The notes under the pieces were generated by a model that worked only from the letters and a program-made list of their open reading frames with translations, did no database searches and was not told where the DNA came from. A program made the translations under genes and the position numbers. From Octopus vulgaris (Eukaryota), in assembly GCA_951406725.2 (NCBI GenBank), contig OX597817.1, positions 146,816,001-146,880,000 of the forward strand: DNA of 64,000 bases, in the 5' to 3' direction. Shown one piece after another: positions 12,814 through 25,571 of the stretch. Every line of letters begins with the position of its first letter. The first letter of the stretch is position 1.

Positions 12814-13012
12814 TTTTCTTCTTCTTCTTCTTCTTCTTCTTCTTCTTCTTCTTCTTCTTCTTCTTCTTCTTCTTCTTCTTCTTCTTCTTCTTCTTCTTCT
12901 TCTTCTTCTTCTTCTTCTTCTTCTTCTTCTTCTTCTTCTTCTTCTTCTTCTTCTTCTTCTTCTTCATCATCATCATCATCATAATCATCTTCATCATCAT
13001 CATCATTATCAT

Positions 13013-13078
<66 letters not shown>
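12814..13078. repeat. (TTC)n-(TCA)n-(TA)n compound microsatellite
   Basis: Directly visible; source of the poly-K/E/F ORFs. Confidence 0.97.
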
Positions 13079-13081
<3 letters not shown>

Positions 13082-13402
13082 CAGCAACTTTAGTAATGTA
13101 CAGCACTTTTCACCAGCGCAGATGTTAGTTTGAATTCGAATGGTACCAATTATTTCGTCTAGCTTCTTGCAGAGATGCAACAGTAAACACTTCAATTCAC
13201 ACGACTCCATGACTCCCAGATGTATTAATTTTTAGTGATAATTAAAAAAACTTAATCATGATAATAGTAACATAAATTTTGAAGAATTGAGGTGTTTGAT
13301 TATGGAACTTATTTATATTCCCGACTATGTCTTCCGTATGATTCCATAGTTAGCCATGGCCCCCAGGCATGGGTCGTTCGGCAGAAAGCGTGTCAAATGA
13401 AA

Positions 13403-13819
13403 AAGGCGGCGAGCTGGCAGAAACGTTAGCACGCCGGGCGAAATGCGTAGCCATATTTCGTCTGCCGTTACGTTCTGAGTTCAAATTCCGCCGAGGTCGA
13501 CTTTGCCTTTCATCCTTTCGGGGTCGATAAATTAAGTAACAGTTACGCACTGGGGTCGATGTAATCGACTTAATACCTATGTCTGTCCTTGTTTGTCCCC
13601 TCTATGTTTAGCCCCTTGTGGGTAATAAAGAAATAGGTATTTCGTCTGCCGCTACGTTCTGAGTTCAAATTCTGAAGAGGTTGACTTTGCCTTTCATCCT
13701 TTCGGGGTCGATTAAATAAGTACCAGTTACGCACTGAGGTCGATATAATCGACTTAATCCATTTGTCTGTCCTTGTTTGTCCTCTCTGTGTGTAGCCCCT
13801 TGTGGGCAGTAAAGAAATA
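13403..13819 (+). mobile_element. SINE family B dimer (full unit plus head-truncated unit), followed by a degraded family A head
   Basis: aaggcggcgagctggcagaa...gagttcaaattcc...gtgggtaataaagaaata|ggtatttcg...aaagaaata|ggtatggttaag. Confidence 0.92.
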
Positions 13820-14685
13820 GGTATGGTTAAGATTTTTGCTTCGCAACCGCATTGCTTTAAGATCGATCCTACTGTACGGCCTCGGGTTGACCAAAGTCTT
13901 ATAAGTTAAATTTGGGAAACGGAAATTGTGTGCAAAGCCTTCAGAGGTTTCCACATAGTTTCCCTTCGTAGCTGGTAAACTTAACACGTGTTTGTTTTAA
14001 TAGCAACAACTTGTTACCTTGGGTGCCTGTCGTGAAAGACTTGCGGGCTAAGCCTCTGGTATGGGAATCACTTCCTGGTTGCCTTCAGAGCAGGTGTTAC
14101 CTGCTTCGAAGACCTGAATAGGGCCATGGGCATTGCCCTTTCTTCCATGGAAAGGTGAAATGAAAATGAGTAGAAATAGTAATAATGGGATCCCTTTTAG
14201 GTTTTCATCTATTCTTGGTTGCATTAATAAATGGCTGGATAAATGACAAGATGGACAAATATACGCCTGATCAGAAGAATAAATAGATGGTTATATAAAT
14301 AGACGACTAGATAAAAATAAATACTGATAAACGGAGAGATAGAACGATTATAAATATATAATCAAATGGAGATAAGTGGGAGGAAAACACGGAAGTTTTG
14401 TAATGTAGGAAAGCTGGACGGGAGAAGGAAGCGGGTGAAGACAGACATATTGAAAACAAAAATGAAGGAAAAAAACAACAACAAAAAGAGCAAACAAAAC
14501 GTAAACAAAACAAACATAATAATAAAATAAAAGTGAAGAAGGTAACTTATAGACAAATACAGGAAAGCAGTTCTATTAGATATTGATTGATGCAATGAAA
14601 GACCGAAGAAAAGTTAACAAGGTGTAGGTAGGCGCTGGCGGCGGCGATGATGGCGGAGTAGTAATTTGATATCTGGAATAATGAT

Positions 14686-14708
14686 TATACATACGTATAT
14701 ATACATAC

Positions 14709-14739
<31 letters not shown>

Positions 14740-14825
14740 CATACATACATACATACATACATACATACATACATACATACATACATACACATATGTATAT
14801 ATATATGTGTATGTATGTATAAATA

Positions 14826-14869
<44 letters not shown>

Positions 14870-14949
14870 TACTCTGAGTTTCTCGTTGCCGTTCAACAGA
14901 CAGTTTATGTATATATATGTATATATATAAGTATGTATGTATATGTATG

Positions 14950-14984
<35 letters not shown>

Positions 14985-15202
14985 GTATGTATGCATATAT
15001 ATATATGTATGTGTGTATGTATGTATATACATACATATACATACACTCACATATATATGTATATGTGTGTGTGTGTCTGTATGTATATACATACATATGC
15101 ATACACAGACATATACATGTATGTCTATATATGTTTGTGTATATATATATATTTATATGTATCCATATACATTATGTTTATATATCTATATCACACACAC
15201 TC

Positions 15203-15250
<48 letters not shown>

Positions 15251-15298
15251 TTATATATCTATATCTTTACACACATACACACACACGCACGCACGCAC

Positions 15299-15336
<38 letters not shown>

Positions 15337-15436
15337 TTATATATATACATACACATGTATGTATATATATGTTTGTGTATATATATATTTATATATATCC
15401 ATATACATCTATATTTATATATCTATATCACACACA

Positions 15437-15476
<40 letters not shown>

Positions 15477-15477
15477 C

Positions 15478-15553
<76 letters not shown>

Positions 15554-15745
15554 TTATATCTTTACACACACACAAATACGCACGCACGCTCACACATATA
15601 TATCGTTATATTTATGTGTGTGTGTACGTGTGTATGTGTATGCACAAACACACTCGCATATATAGATGTATGTATAAATACACACACACACACACACATA
15701 TGTATATATATATATATATATCTATGTATATATATATATATGTAT
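14686..15745. repeat. About 1 kb compound (CATA)/(TA)/(TG)/(CA) microsatellite with an internal higher-order duplication
   Basis: Directly visible; the motif order in 15160-15345 recurs in 15398-15615. Confidence 0.93.
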
Positions 15746-16214
15746 GTTGAAGATTTGATATTATAAGATAAAATAGGAAATATAAGTGAAGTTTAATAAG
15801 ACAAGGACAATCGAGGTTAATGTTATGTTTGATTAGAGGAATATAAGAAATCAATATACTAGGAAGAGAGAGAGAGAGAGTGAGTGAGAGTGAGAGAGGG
15901 AGGGAGGGAGAGATAGAGGGGAGAGAAAGAGAGAGGGGAAAGAAAGAGAGAGGGTAGATATCCTATTTATTACATAAATCTATATTAAGACAAACCCAGC
16001 GCTGGGGGGCGGCAGGAGTTGTAAAAAGTCAGCTTTCATGATATTTTTGTTTTTGCAGCAAGCTTTGTGCGTCACCGTTGTTGTACTCACGTACTCACAT
16101 GTTTTTTAAAAATTTCTATTGGTCGATAAATCAAGTACTTGTGACGTCATGAAGACGATTCAAGAACTTATAAACTCTTCTTTTCCTTTCAGAATTTATC
16201 TTTTATCTTTCTTT

Positions 16215-16434
16215 TTATCTTTTATTGGTTTCAGTCATTAGATTGTGCCCAGGCTGGGGCACCGCCTTGAAGAATTCCTAATCGATCGAATCGACCCCAG
16301 TACTGCTTTTGAAAGCCTGGTACTTATTCTATCTGTCTCTTCTGCTGAAACTCTAAGTTACGGAACGTAAACACACCAGCACCGGTTGTCAAGCGATGGT
16401 GGTGGGGACAAATACAGACACAAAGACACACACA

Positions 16435-16469
<35 letters not shown>

Positions 16470-16723
16470 GCGCATGTATAGGTAAAAATTAAGGTGTGTG
16501 TGCGTTACATAAATAATATTTTCAGAATTAAATAAAAAGAAGACAACAAACAGAAAATATGATATACATACATACATACGACAGGCTTACATACTTTCAG
16601 TTTCCGTCTACCAAATCCACTCACAAGGCTTTGGTCGGCCCGAGGCTATAGTTAGAAGACATTTGCCCAAAGAACCACGCAGTGGAGAGTGAACAGAACA
16701 TGAAGCAAGCCGGAACTCCTACA

Positions 16724-16725
<2 letters not shown>
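16215..16725 (-). mobile_element. SINE family A
   Basis: Tail tttcagtcatta...ctggggcaccgcctt and body ttccgtctaccaaatccactcacaagg. Confidence 0.85.
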
Positions 16726-16769
<44 letters not shown>

Positions 16770-16843
16770 ATGTGGTAAAACTTAGGTAAGCAAGCTAACT
16801 TAATAGCACCACCTGATACGACAGCCACTCCTGTTTTGTTCTA

Positions 16844-16886
<43 letters not shown>

Positions 16887-17054
16887 CAGTGTACATGTAT
16901 GTGAATTTGGCAGGGTACGGTACCGCCCACGGCGGTATATTATATATATATAATTCACAAAAAACGTAATAAATATACAAACAAACATATACTAAATACA
17001 CAGGCGAACAGAAAACACAGGTCACAAACTCCTCATCAGACGAAAATAACAACA

Positions 17055-17102
<48 letters not shown>

Positions 17103-17103
<1 letters not shown>

Positions 17104-17505
17104 TAGTTGTCAGAGATCATGAAGAAACAAAATGCTTTATAATTAATGTATCAATACCAGCAGATGACAACGTGTCTCTGAAAGAAATGGAGAAACTTTC
17201 AAAATACAAAGACCTGGAAATAGAGGTAACCAGAATGTGGAATCTAAAAACAGAAACAATTCCTATCATAGTAGGTACATTAGGCATGATAAAAAAATAT
17301 TCAGACAAATACATAACAAAAACACCAGGACTTACAAACACATATAACATACAGAAAATTGCACTACTAGGCACTGCACACATCCTACGCAGAACACTTT
17401 CCATACAATAGCCATCAGAGCATCACAACAAATCACATCACATACCCAAGGCACACAGAGCTGCGCTCGGTAATGAAGTGAAAGCACGCTATAAAAATAA
17501 AACTA

Positions 17506-17510
<5 letters not shown>
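17103..17510 (+). pseudogene. R4/Dong-clade LINE 3' end (RLE domain plus 3' UTR) embedded in (TAA)n
   Basis: ORF 17172-17411 KEMEKLSKYKDLEIEVTRMW...IPIIVGTLG...QKIALLGTAHILRRTLS; (AAT)n on both sides. Confidence 0.9.
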
Positions 17511-17540
<30 letters not shown>

Positions 17541-17779
17541 ATATACAACAAAAAGGCCTCCCGTCTCGAGCCCGTCTCGTCTCGAGCCCGCCTCGTCAAG
17601 AGCCCGTCTCATCTTGTTATGTTTTGGTCCCATACCCGGCAAGTTACTTGCCGGTGCCTCCCGAGTTGAAGAAATATTATCGATAATATCGATAAGGTGT
17701 CGTGTGTTGAAACTGAAATCGGATCCAAGGAGTTTAAAAAGGAAACTTCTTTACCATACAACGAAGCACGTAATTATAT

Positions 17780-18010
17780 TACGATAAATATTTATATTTA
17801 ATTGTGGAAAGACGGTTACTATGGACACGTGATTAGAGCGTTGCGGTAAAGAATCGCAAGACGGGTTCTTTAAGTCGAGCCAAACCGTTGGTGACCTTGG
17901 AGTAGACTTAGAACGAAGTGGTTGGATGATATCCATAGTTTCAGAATCTAGCCTGAAAGTGTAATGACCTACGGAGGAGGTACCTGAGGACTTTACACCC
18001 ACAACCCTCT
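17780..18010 (-). pseudogene. Degraded R2-group (RLE-type) reverse transcriptase relic
   Basis: Peptide TVWLDLKNPSCDSLP resembles WLDLxNAFxSVPH. Confidence 0.35.
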
Positions 18011-18224
18011 CAGAAATAGCGAGTGGCGTATATGGATGGATGGATGGAATTGTAGACCAGCGAAAGAAATATAGACCAATAAGAAACTCAACAGATTTGA
18101 AGGACGACTAGTTCTTTTAATTATTTGTTTTTCCACATTCCCAGTTTTAGTATTTATAGGGATCGATTCAATGAACAATTTATTTTTGTTCCTCGAAAAT
18201 ATTTTAAGACTTATTTAGAAGAAA

Positions 18225-18529
18225 GTGGAGGCACATGACCTAGTGGTTAGAGCAGCGGATTCGCGGTCGAGTGATCGCGGGTTCGAATCTCAGACCGGGC
18301 GATTTGTGTGTTTATGAGCGAAATACCTAAGCTTCACGTGGCTCCGGCAGAAGGTAATGGCGAACTTCTGCTGACTCTTTCGCTACAACTTTCTCTCACT
18401 CTTTCTTCCTGCATCTTGTAGCTCACCTACGACGGACGGGCGTCCCGTCCAGGTGGGGAACCTATACGCCAAGGAAACTGGGATAACGGCCCTATGAGCC
18501 AGGCATGGCTCGAGAAGGAACAAACAACA
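18225..18529 (+). mobile_element. SINE family C with 12-bp TSD
   Basis: Full head to tail; atttagaagaaa on both sides. Confidence 0.93.
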
Positions 18530-18544
18530 ATTTAGAAGAAAAAC

Positions 18545-18959
18545 GCGCAAGTTTGCGTGTTACGCTGTACTAGGAAAACATTTGTAGAATTGATTTGCTA
18601 CTTGCAAGCGTTTATACAAACACAACTAATGATGATTGTGTGATGGAAAGGTATAAACTAGATGCGTTTGGCTTGAGTGAGACTAGATGGAAAGACACAG
18701 GACGTGTAACACTGGAAGAAGGAAACAACGCTACTCAACGCTGGATACGACGACGAACATGAAAGTGGAGTAGCAGTAATGATAAGCAAAGAAGGAATGA
18801 AAAGTCTCATGCAATGGGTACTTGTAACAAGTAGGGTGATCAGTGTCAGATTCTACTTATGTGCAAAGAAACTTACAGCTATCAAGACCTACGCGCCAAC
18901 GAAAAAAAACAAAACAAAACAAAACAAACAAACAGCAGATGATATCAAAAATGACTTCT
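18545..18959 (+). pseudogene. RTE-clade LINE AP-endonuclease fragment
   Basis: RYKLDAFGLSETRWKDTG...EHESGVAVMISK...SRVISVRF...KTYAPT. Confidence 0.8.
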
Positions 18960-19192
18960 TATTTCTTTACTGCCCACAAGGGGCTAAACACAGATGGGAC
19001 AAACAAGGACAGACAAACGGATTAAGTCAATTAGATCGACCCCAGTTCGTAACTGGTACTTAATTCATCGACCTCGAAAGAATGAAAGGCAAATTCGACT
19101 TCGGTGGAATTTGAACCCAGAACGTAGCGAGAGACGAAATACTGCTAAGCATTTCGCCCGGCGTGCTAACGTTTCTGCCAGCTCGCCGCCTT
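18960..19192 (-). mobile_element. SINE family B monomer with 15-bp TSD
   Basis: tcaaaaatgacttct at 18945-18959 and 19193-19207; interrupts the RTE fragment. Confidence 0.93.
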
Positions 19193-19421
19193 TCAAAAAT
19201 GACTTCTAGCACCAGCTTAATACAATTTATTGTGACATCATTGCCAGGTCTGTAAGGGTGACACAAATAGTAACATGTTGAGCAGTCATTAATTTCATTG
19301 ATTAATGACCAAGTTCAAATCCTGTCATTAACCTTCGGCATTATATTTTATCGTACCATCAGTCTTCAGGAAATATATTACAACTGCCCCTAAGCATCAT
19401 TTGCACATAGGTCCAAATATT

Positions 19422-19670
19422 TATATCTTTACTGCCCACAAGGGGCTAAACATAGAGGGGACAAACAAGGACAGACAAAGGGAGTAAGTCAATTACATTG
19501 ACCCCAGTGCGAAACTGATACTTTATTTATCGACCCCGAAAGGATGAAAGGTAAAGTCGACCTCGGCGGAATTTGAACTCAGAACATAATGACAGACGAA
19601 ATACCGCTAAGCATTTCGCCCGGCGCGCAAACGTTTCTGCCAGCTCGCCGCCTTTGTGCCAGCTCGCCAC
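19422..19670 (-). mobile_element. SINE family B monomer with TSD and a reiterated 5' end
   Basis: cataggtccaaatatt on both sides; tgccagctcgcc duplicated. Confidence 0.92.
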
Positions 19671-20158
19671 CATAGGTCCAAATATTATAGGCCCTAATGT
19701 GTATTTTCGCTTTATAATACAATCGGCTACGATTTGAAGGAAGTTTGACTGCCACTTTTAGCAGGTCGAGTGGTGATCATTTAGAGGCTTCCTCTCGTAG
19801 ATGACATATGGGAGTTCTGCAAGTTTTTTGCTGGACTACCGCACAGGTGATTCGTTTATTGTCATGAAATGTTTGTGATGTACGTTAGCTCAGTCTCTCC
19901 ATTAAATTGACATTACCTGTACAGGTGCACGGTGTGTCACACGTCAAATATCTAAGGGATTGCAGTGCAACTTGAAATGAAGTGTTTTGCACCACCATGC
20001 CCAGGAATCGAATCCACGATCTCATGATTTTGGGTGTATCACCCCAACTACTAGGCTACACTCCACCACTATATATATATATATAAATTTAAATTTAAAA
20101 TAGGAGGTCGACTTCTAGCATAACGGATGTCCACTAAGTGGCCATCTCACTTATATGC

Positions 20159-20189
<31 letters not shown>

Positions 20190-20259
20190 TGTCTCTATAT
20201 ACGTATGTATATATATATATGTACACACACACACATACACACACACATATATATAGGTA

Positions 20260-20597
20260 CAGGCGTGGCTGTGTGATAAAATGTTTATTTCCCAACCACA
20301 TAGTTCCGGGTTCAGTTCCACTGCGTGGCACCTTGGGTAAGCGTCTCCTACTATAGTTTCAGGCCGACAAACGCCTTGTGAGTGGATTTCATAGACAAAA
20401 AACCAACACTGTTTGGCAACCGGTGTTACTGTGTTTACGTCCTCGTAACTTAACAGTTCAGCAAAAGAGTCCGATAGTGTAAGTAGCAGGCTTTTAAAAG
20501 ATAAGTACTTGGGGCTGATTCGTTTGACTAAAGTTCTTCAACGCGGTGCTCTAGCATGGCCGCAGTCTAATAGTAGAAACAAGTAAAAGATAAAAGA
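20260..20597 (+). mobile_element. SINE family A
   Basis: aggcgtggctgtgtg...gggttcagttcc...agcatggccgcagtc...gaaacaagtaaaaga. Confidence 0.88.
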
Positions 20598-22444
20598 TTA
20601 AAGATATCCAAACAGAGAAACTGGACGATGTAGGGCGCGCGCATGCGCGTGTGTGTGTTTGTGTGTGTGTGTGTGCATAGAAACACACAGAAACATTTTG
20701 AGTGAAGCGGTAAACATCGTCGTATATTTATGGACTGATAGTTTTCGATAGAAACTAAACGGAGAAGAATTTATATAAAAAGATGAACGTGTACTTAATA
20801 TTAGAAATATTTCGAAGAAAAGCAGTAAGTTTCTTATTATATTCATGGGCGGATAGATTTCGATGAAAGCTAAACATCAGAGACTTTATGAACACGCAAA
20901 CAAACGCGTAAATAAAACATGCGCTACAATACGAACACGCATCCACATTAGCATAAGCGGACGCATGAGAATGGATCAAAGCACGATATGGAGATATACA
21001 GCAGCCAACAAGAGATTCCTATACACATAGATGCAAGAATATATTTAAATATATACACAAGAACTACTGCGTGTGTTCGCGTGTGTATATGAATATTTGC
21101 AAATGTGTATGTACACATATATATATATGTATGGGTATGTATGTAAATATGTGCGCGTGTATTAGTTAATATGTTCACCGGGAGTTATTCAGCAAATATG
21201 GACGTATGCGCATAAATATACGCACATATGCATGGACGCATAATATTGTTCACGCAAAAGTTCAATGGTCACCAACGTTTTAATCTTCGAATGAGCTGTT
21301 ACGATTGAAAAAAAAATATATATATGAATACATTTATTGATTGGATCTTGTTGTCATCATGATGCCGCCCTGGTCGGTGGGAATTCAATAAGATATTGAC
21401 TGCTTAGTAAAATGTACATTATTCTGCTGCTTCTTTTCCTTCTCAGACCAACTGCGTAATTACTCTAATTGCTATCCTTAATGTCACGCCCAAATATTGC
21501 ATTGAAAAGAAGGCCTCGACAATACAGCTGAATACGTCTGTGTTTGGCATGAAGAGATGCGAAAATTACGGCAACCCATTAACCTTCAAGATTGTAAAGT
21601 ATTTTGCTCACTATGACGCCATATATGAACTAGTAATCAGTTGTTCCCCTTTATTTTCTTCCGATGTCAAAATCCTTGGTCGCACGCTATGACATTAGAC
21701 TATTCCCCAGAACCTGAGTCAGTTTGATAGTCGGGTTAAATATATGCATACCGCCCGATGGGCATCTAAACAAGTGCCATTTGGTTCTGACACGAAAAGA
21801 AGCTTAATGCACTCTGTTTTGGGGTAGTTCTATCTATTGTGTTCAATTCACGCCATCAATGGCTTTCTCAAATTAAATAGTTCTGCAATGCGTGTATTAT
21901 ATTCTGTATTCAGGAATACAAAATAGGCTGTGGCTTACTATACACTGCAAAATAGAAAGAAGGGAAATAAAGAAAAGTTTTTATGGATATCAATATAAAT
22001 TACAGATTATGCATTTATGTGTATATATAAGCATAAACAAACACAGACACATACAGACGCGCATGCGCACACGTATTATTTACAAATTTACAAATTTCTC
22101 ACCAATAGAAAAAGTGCCGGTTTCCAACTCAGGAACAAGATGCTCTCAGAGGAATTTAGAAAACATCAACTAGATAGTCCATACATGTGTGTATCTGTAC
22201 AAGTATGTCCCTGCGCATGCGTGCGCTGGTCTGCATGCTCTCACTCATGTATATGCATACATACGTATATTTGCATATGTTCCATTAACAGGATGTAAAT
22301 GTAATTTTTAATTAGCTGCGTACATTTGGATTGGTGAAACCAAATTTCTCAAGATTGATGCTGCAGCAGTTACTTACATACACATATGCTCCATAAATCC
22401 CAGGTATAAATCTATAGTTAAGCTCTGGACGTTGCATAAGCAAA

Positions 22445-23092
22445 TATTCTTTTCTACTCTAGGCACAAGGCCTAGGGAGGGGGAGCAGTCGATTAGATCC
22501 ACCCAGTACGCAACTGGTACTTAGTTTATCGACGCCGAAAGGATGAAAGGCAAAGTCGACCTTGGCAGAATTTGAACTCAGAACGTAGCGGCAGACGAAA
22601 TACCTATATCTTTACTAACCACAAGGGGCTAAACACACAGGATAAACAAGGACAGACAAACGGATTAAGTCGATTATATCGACCCCCAGTGCGTAACTGG
22701 TACTTATTTAATCGATCCCGAAAGGATGAAAGGCAAAGTCGACTTCGACGGAATTTGAACTCAGAACGTAGCGGCAGACGAAATACTTATTTCTTTACTA
22801 CCCACAAGGGGCTAAAAACAGAGGGGACAGAATTTGAACTCAGAACGTAGCGGCAGACGAAATACCTATTTCTTTACTACCCACAAGGGGCTAAAAACAG
22901 AGAGAACAAACAAGGACAGACAGACGGATTAAGTCGATTACATCGACCTCAGTGCGTAACTGGTACTTAATTTATCGACCCCGAAAGGATGAAAGGCAAA
23001 TTCGACCTCGGCGGAATTTGAACTCACAACGTTACGGCAGCCGAAATACCGCAAAGTATTTCGCCGGTGCGCTAACGTTTCTGCCAGCTCCG
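22445..23092 (-). mobile_element. SINE family B four-unit array (three B tails, terminal C tail)
   Basis: Junctions gaaatac[c/t]|tat at 22604, 22787 and 22866; terminal tail ggccttgtgcctagagtagaaaagaata. Confidence 0.92.
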
Positions 23093-23727
23093 CTAACGTT
23101 TCTTCAGCATGAGCAAACATTATATCAGTCCAGCATTCATGTTTTCTTTTTCTTAACATTATGCTAACATTTGCTGGACAGCCACAGCATACTACAGTAC
23201 ACACGTTCTTTTAAATGTCCCACGTCATTATCTGTCCCTTTTACAGAATTTTCATCTGGAAAATTCCACCGATAATCTTTCATATTGTGGATGAGTATGT
23301 CCTCCATACAACTATAACTTCGTATATTTTGATTTTCAGAACAATACTTTCGACCGACTTTAGGTCTGAGGCAATTATATTTCATAAGCAAAGTGATGGC
23401 ATATAAAAAAAACTATTTAGGATGTGGCTAACATTTTTGGTGTTCATTCTATAGGGTCTGCATCAGTTGTCACCTCTACGTGTTTTACCTGCACTCGTAT
23501 TCCTTTTGTGCTTCAAGTATTCAGGTGTTATTTCTTGTTTCTGGATTGCAAATATATGCTCTTCAAAGCATAGGAGAATGTTGTTTAAGATAGATTACAC
23601 TGGTTAGTTACGCTACTGTCACTCTGACAGCATAGCTATGCCCAAGCTTACTGAGTAGATGAAAACCTTTCAGATGATGTTCTGTCGCAGTAAAGGTGTC
23701 AAACTTCAGTAGCCCTGTATCCCTGGT

Positions 23728-24167
23728 CATTTGCCGGGGAGCGAAATTTTTTTCCTACGAGGGTTCTGGACCCCAGTAAAGAACTCATTTGCATACAGCC
23801 AATCAGAGCAGGGCCACCTTTATCCTTTCTTCCTTCCTAGTCCGCACCGTGCATTCCTTACTCGTTCCGTCTCTACTGACAGACAGCAACTTCTCTGTCC
23901 TCTAACTACCTGTCGGGCAAACGAATAAATATATGTAAATAATATTTTTTCCTTCTTGGTGTTAATCTTTAGATGTTTTCTGACGTTGGCACAATAATAC
24001 ATTTGCCCAAACTGAATTGCTGGAGTTATTTCATTTTTTCCAGAAAAACGTTTTTAAAAAGTTATACAGGTTTAAAGGTGGCTCTGCTCTGATTGGCTGT
24101 ATGCAAATGAGTTCATTACTGAGGTCCGGAACTTTCGTGGGTAAAAAATTTTCGCTGCCGGGGAATG
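23728..24167. mobile_element. MITE/foldback element with about 95-bp terminal inverted repeats
   Basis: 23728-23822 is the reverse complement of 24073-24167, including gaactcatttgcatacagccaatcagagcag. Confidence 0.85.
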
Positions 24168-24435
24168 CTATATTTAGTAGCTATTAGTAGATGCTGAAAG
24201 GATATGATGCGACCTTTAAGGGCTGAGTCAGTTTTAAGTCTCTATCTTCTTGTTTTCATTTTAGGCAGTGGTTGTCAATAATACTGTTGATGTGGAAATT
24301 TCTGGTGGTGGTTAATTTCTGTTCCCGTCTCATTTGTCTTTTCTTATCTAGTGGTTCAACTGAGTAACATAATTCCTGGCATGATACTGCTACAACAAAC
24401 ATTTATTACTAGCTGATAACTGGTTTCGCTCTTCT

Positions 24436-24668
24436 TATTTCTTTATTGCCCACAAGGGGCTAAACATAGAGGGGACAAACAAGGACAGACAAACGGATTA
24501 AACCGATGAGATCGACACCAGTGCGTAACTGGTACTTAATTTATCGACCCCGAAAGGATGAAAAGCAAAGTCGACCTCGGCGGAATTTGAACTCAGAACG
24601 TAACGGCAGACGAAATACGGCTACGCATTTCACCCGGCGTGCTAACGTTTCTGCCAGCTCGTCGCCTT
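24436..24668 (-). mobile_element. SINE family B monomer
   Basis: Full head to tail; imperfect TSD tttcgct[c/g]ttctt. Confidence 0.92.
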
Positions 24669-25291
24669 CGCTGTTTCTGCCGGCTCGCCTGCTTTCGCTG
24701 TTCTTTTTTTGCATAAATGCTACCATGAGACACATTTTCATCCATCTCAGTATACTTATTGACCACCAGAGAAATACTATGACTATTGGTAACAATGTTG
24801 TGAACTAGCTGATAGTTTTTTTCCCTCTTTTTCAATCACAAAGGAATATTTACTCTATTCAAACTCAATTCTTTTACCCTTTCAGTATATCGTAATCAAT
24901 TGAAGCCTTTTTTTCATACAATCCATTACTTAGGGATATACTTTCAGCTCGTTAACAAAGAAACAATGTTTGAATTTATCTCTTCCTGTAAGTTATCACC
25001 CAGATTTTAGATTTTCACAACAGAAAGAGTAACGGTTCGCAGCTAGTGTTAAACATCAATTTAAATAGATGTCTCCTTCGAACATATTCCTGCATTCTTC
25101 TACATTTTCAGACATAATGCAACCACATCTTGCATTTGATATCATGTTGATGTCTCAGTACGGATCCACGCTGTCGTGGCCTTGATTATAGTTTCTGGAG
25201 ATTTAGCAAGTCGAAAGGGCTCTCAAGTTTATATGTGCGAATCTATGTTAATATGTACAAACACAGGGTATATATATGTATGCATAAAAAT

Positions 25292-25456
25292 ATCCATCCA
25301 TCTATCCATCCATCCATCCATCCATCCATCCATCCCATCTTCTTCATCTTCTTCTTCTTCTTCTTCTTCTTCTTCTTCTTCTTCTTCTTCTTCTTCTTCT
25401 TCTTCTTCTTCTTCTTCTTCTTCTTCTTCTTCTTCTTCTTCTTCTTCTTCTTCTTT
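25292..25456. repeat. (ATCC)n-(TTC)n microsatellite
   Basis: Directly visible. Confidence 0.97.
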
Positions 25457-25571
25457 AAACAATGTAGTTAGACGCTGTTTCTTTTCTGTGAGATTCAAAA
25501 GTACTCAATCCCACTCTTACAGACTTTCATATAGTGTTCATTGAATAAATATAACTCATCCACTTATACTA

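Larger units (their letters stand above)
23140..25170 (-). pseudogene. Old, fragmented R4-like LINE interrupted by a MITE and a SINE
   Basis: EEHIFAIQKQEIT near 23530-23570 and weak RT-like residues near 24920-25110. Confidence 0.35.

Noticed and set aside
13403-13490. tRNA genes at SINE heads (also 18225, 46909, 47930, 54353)
   Set aside because: A/B boxes are present, but I see no complete cloverleaf and each continues into a multi-copy SINE body, several with TSDs.
22445-23092. CRISPR-like array impression here and at 50957-51260
   Set aside because: Eukaryotic context, no cas genes, units are SINE pieces or have microsatellite spacers rather than unique spacers.
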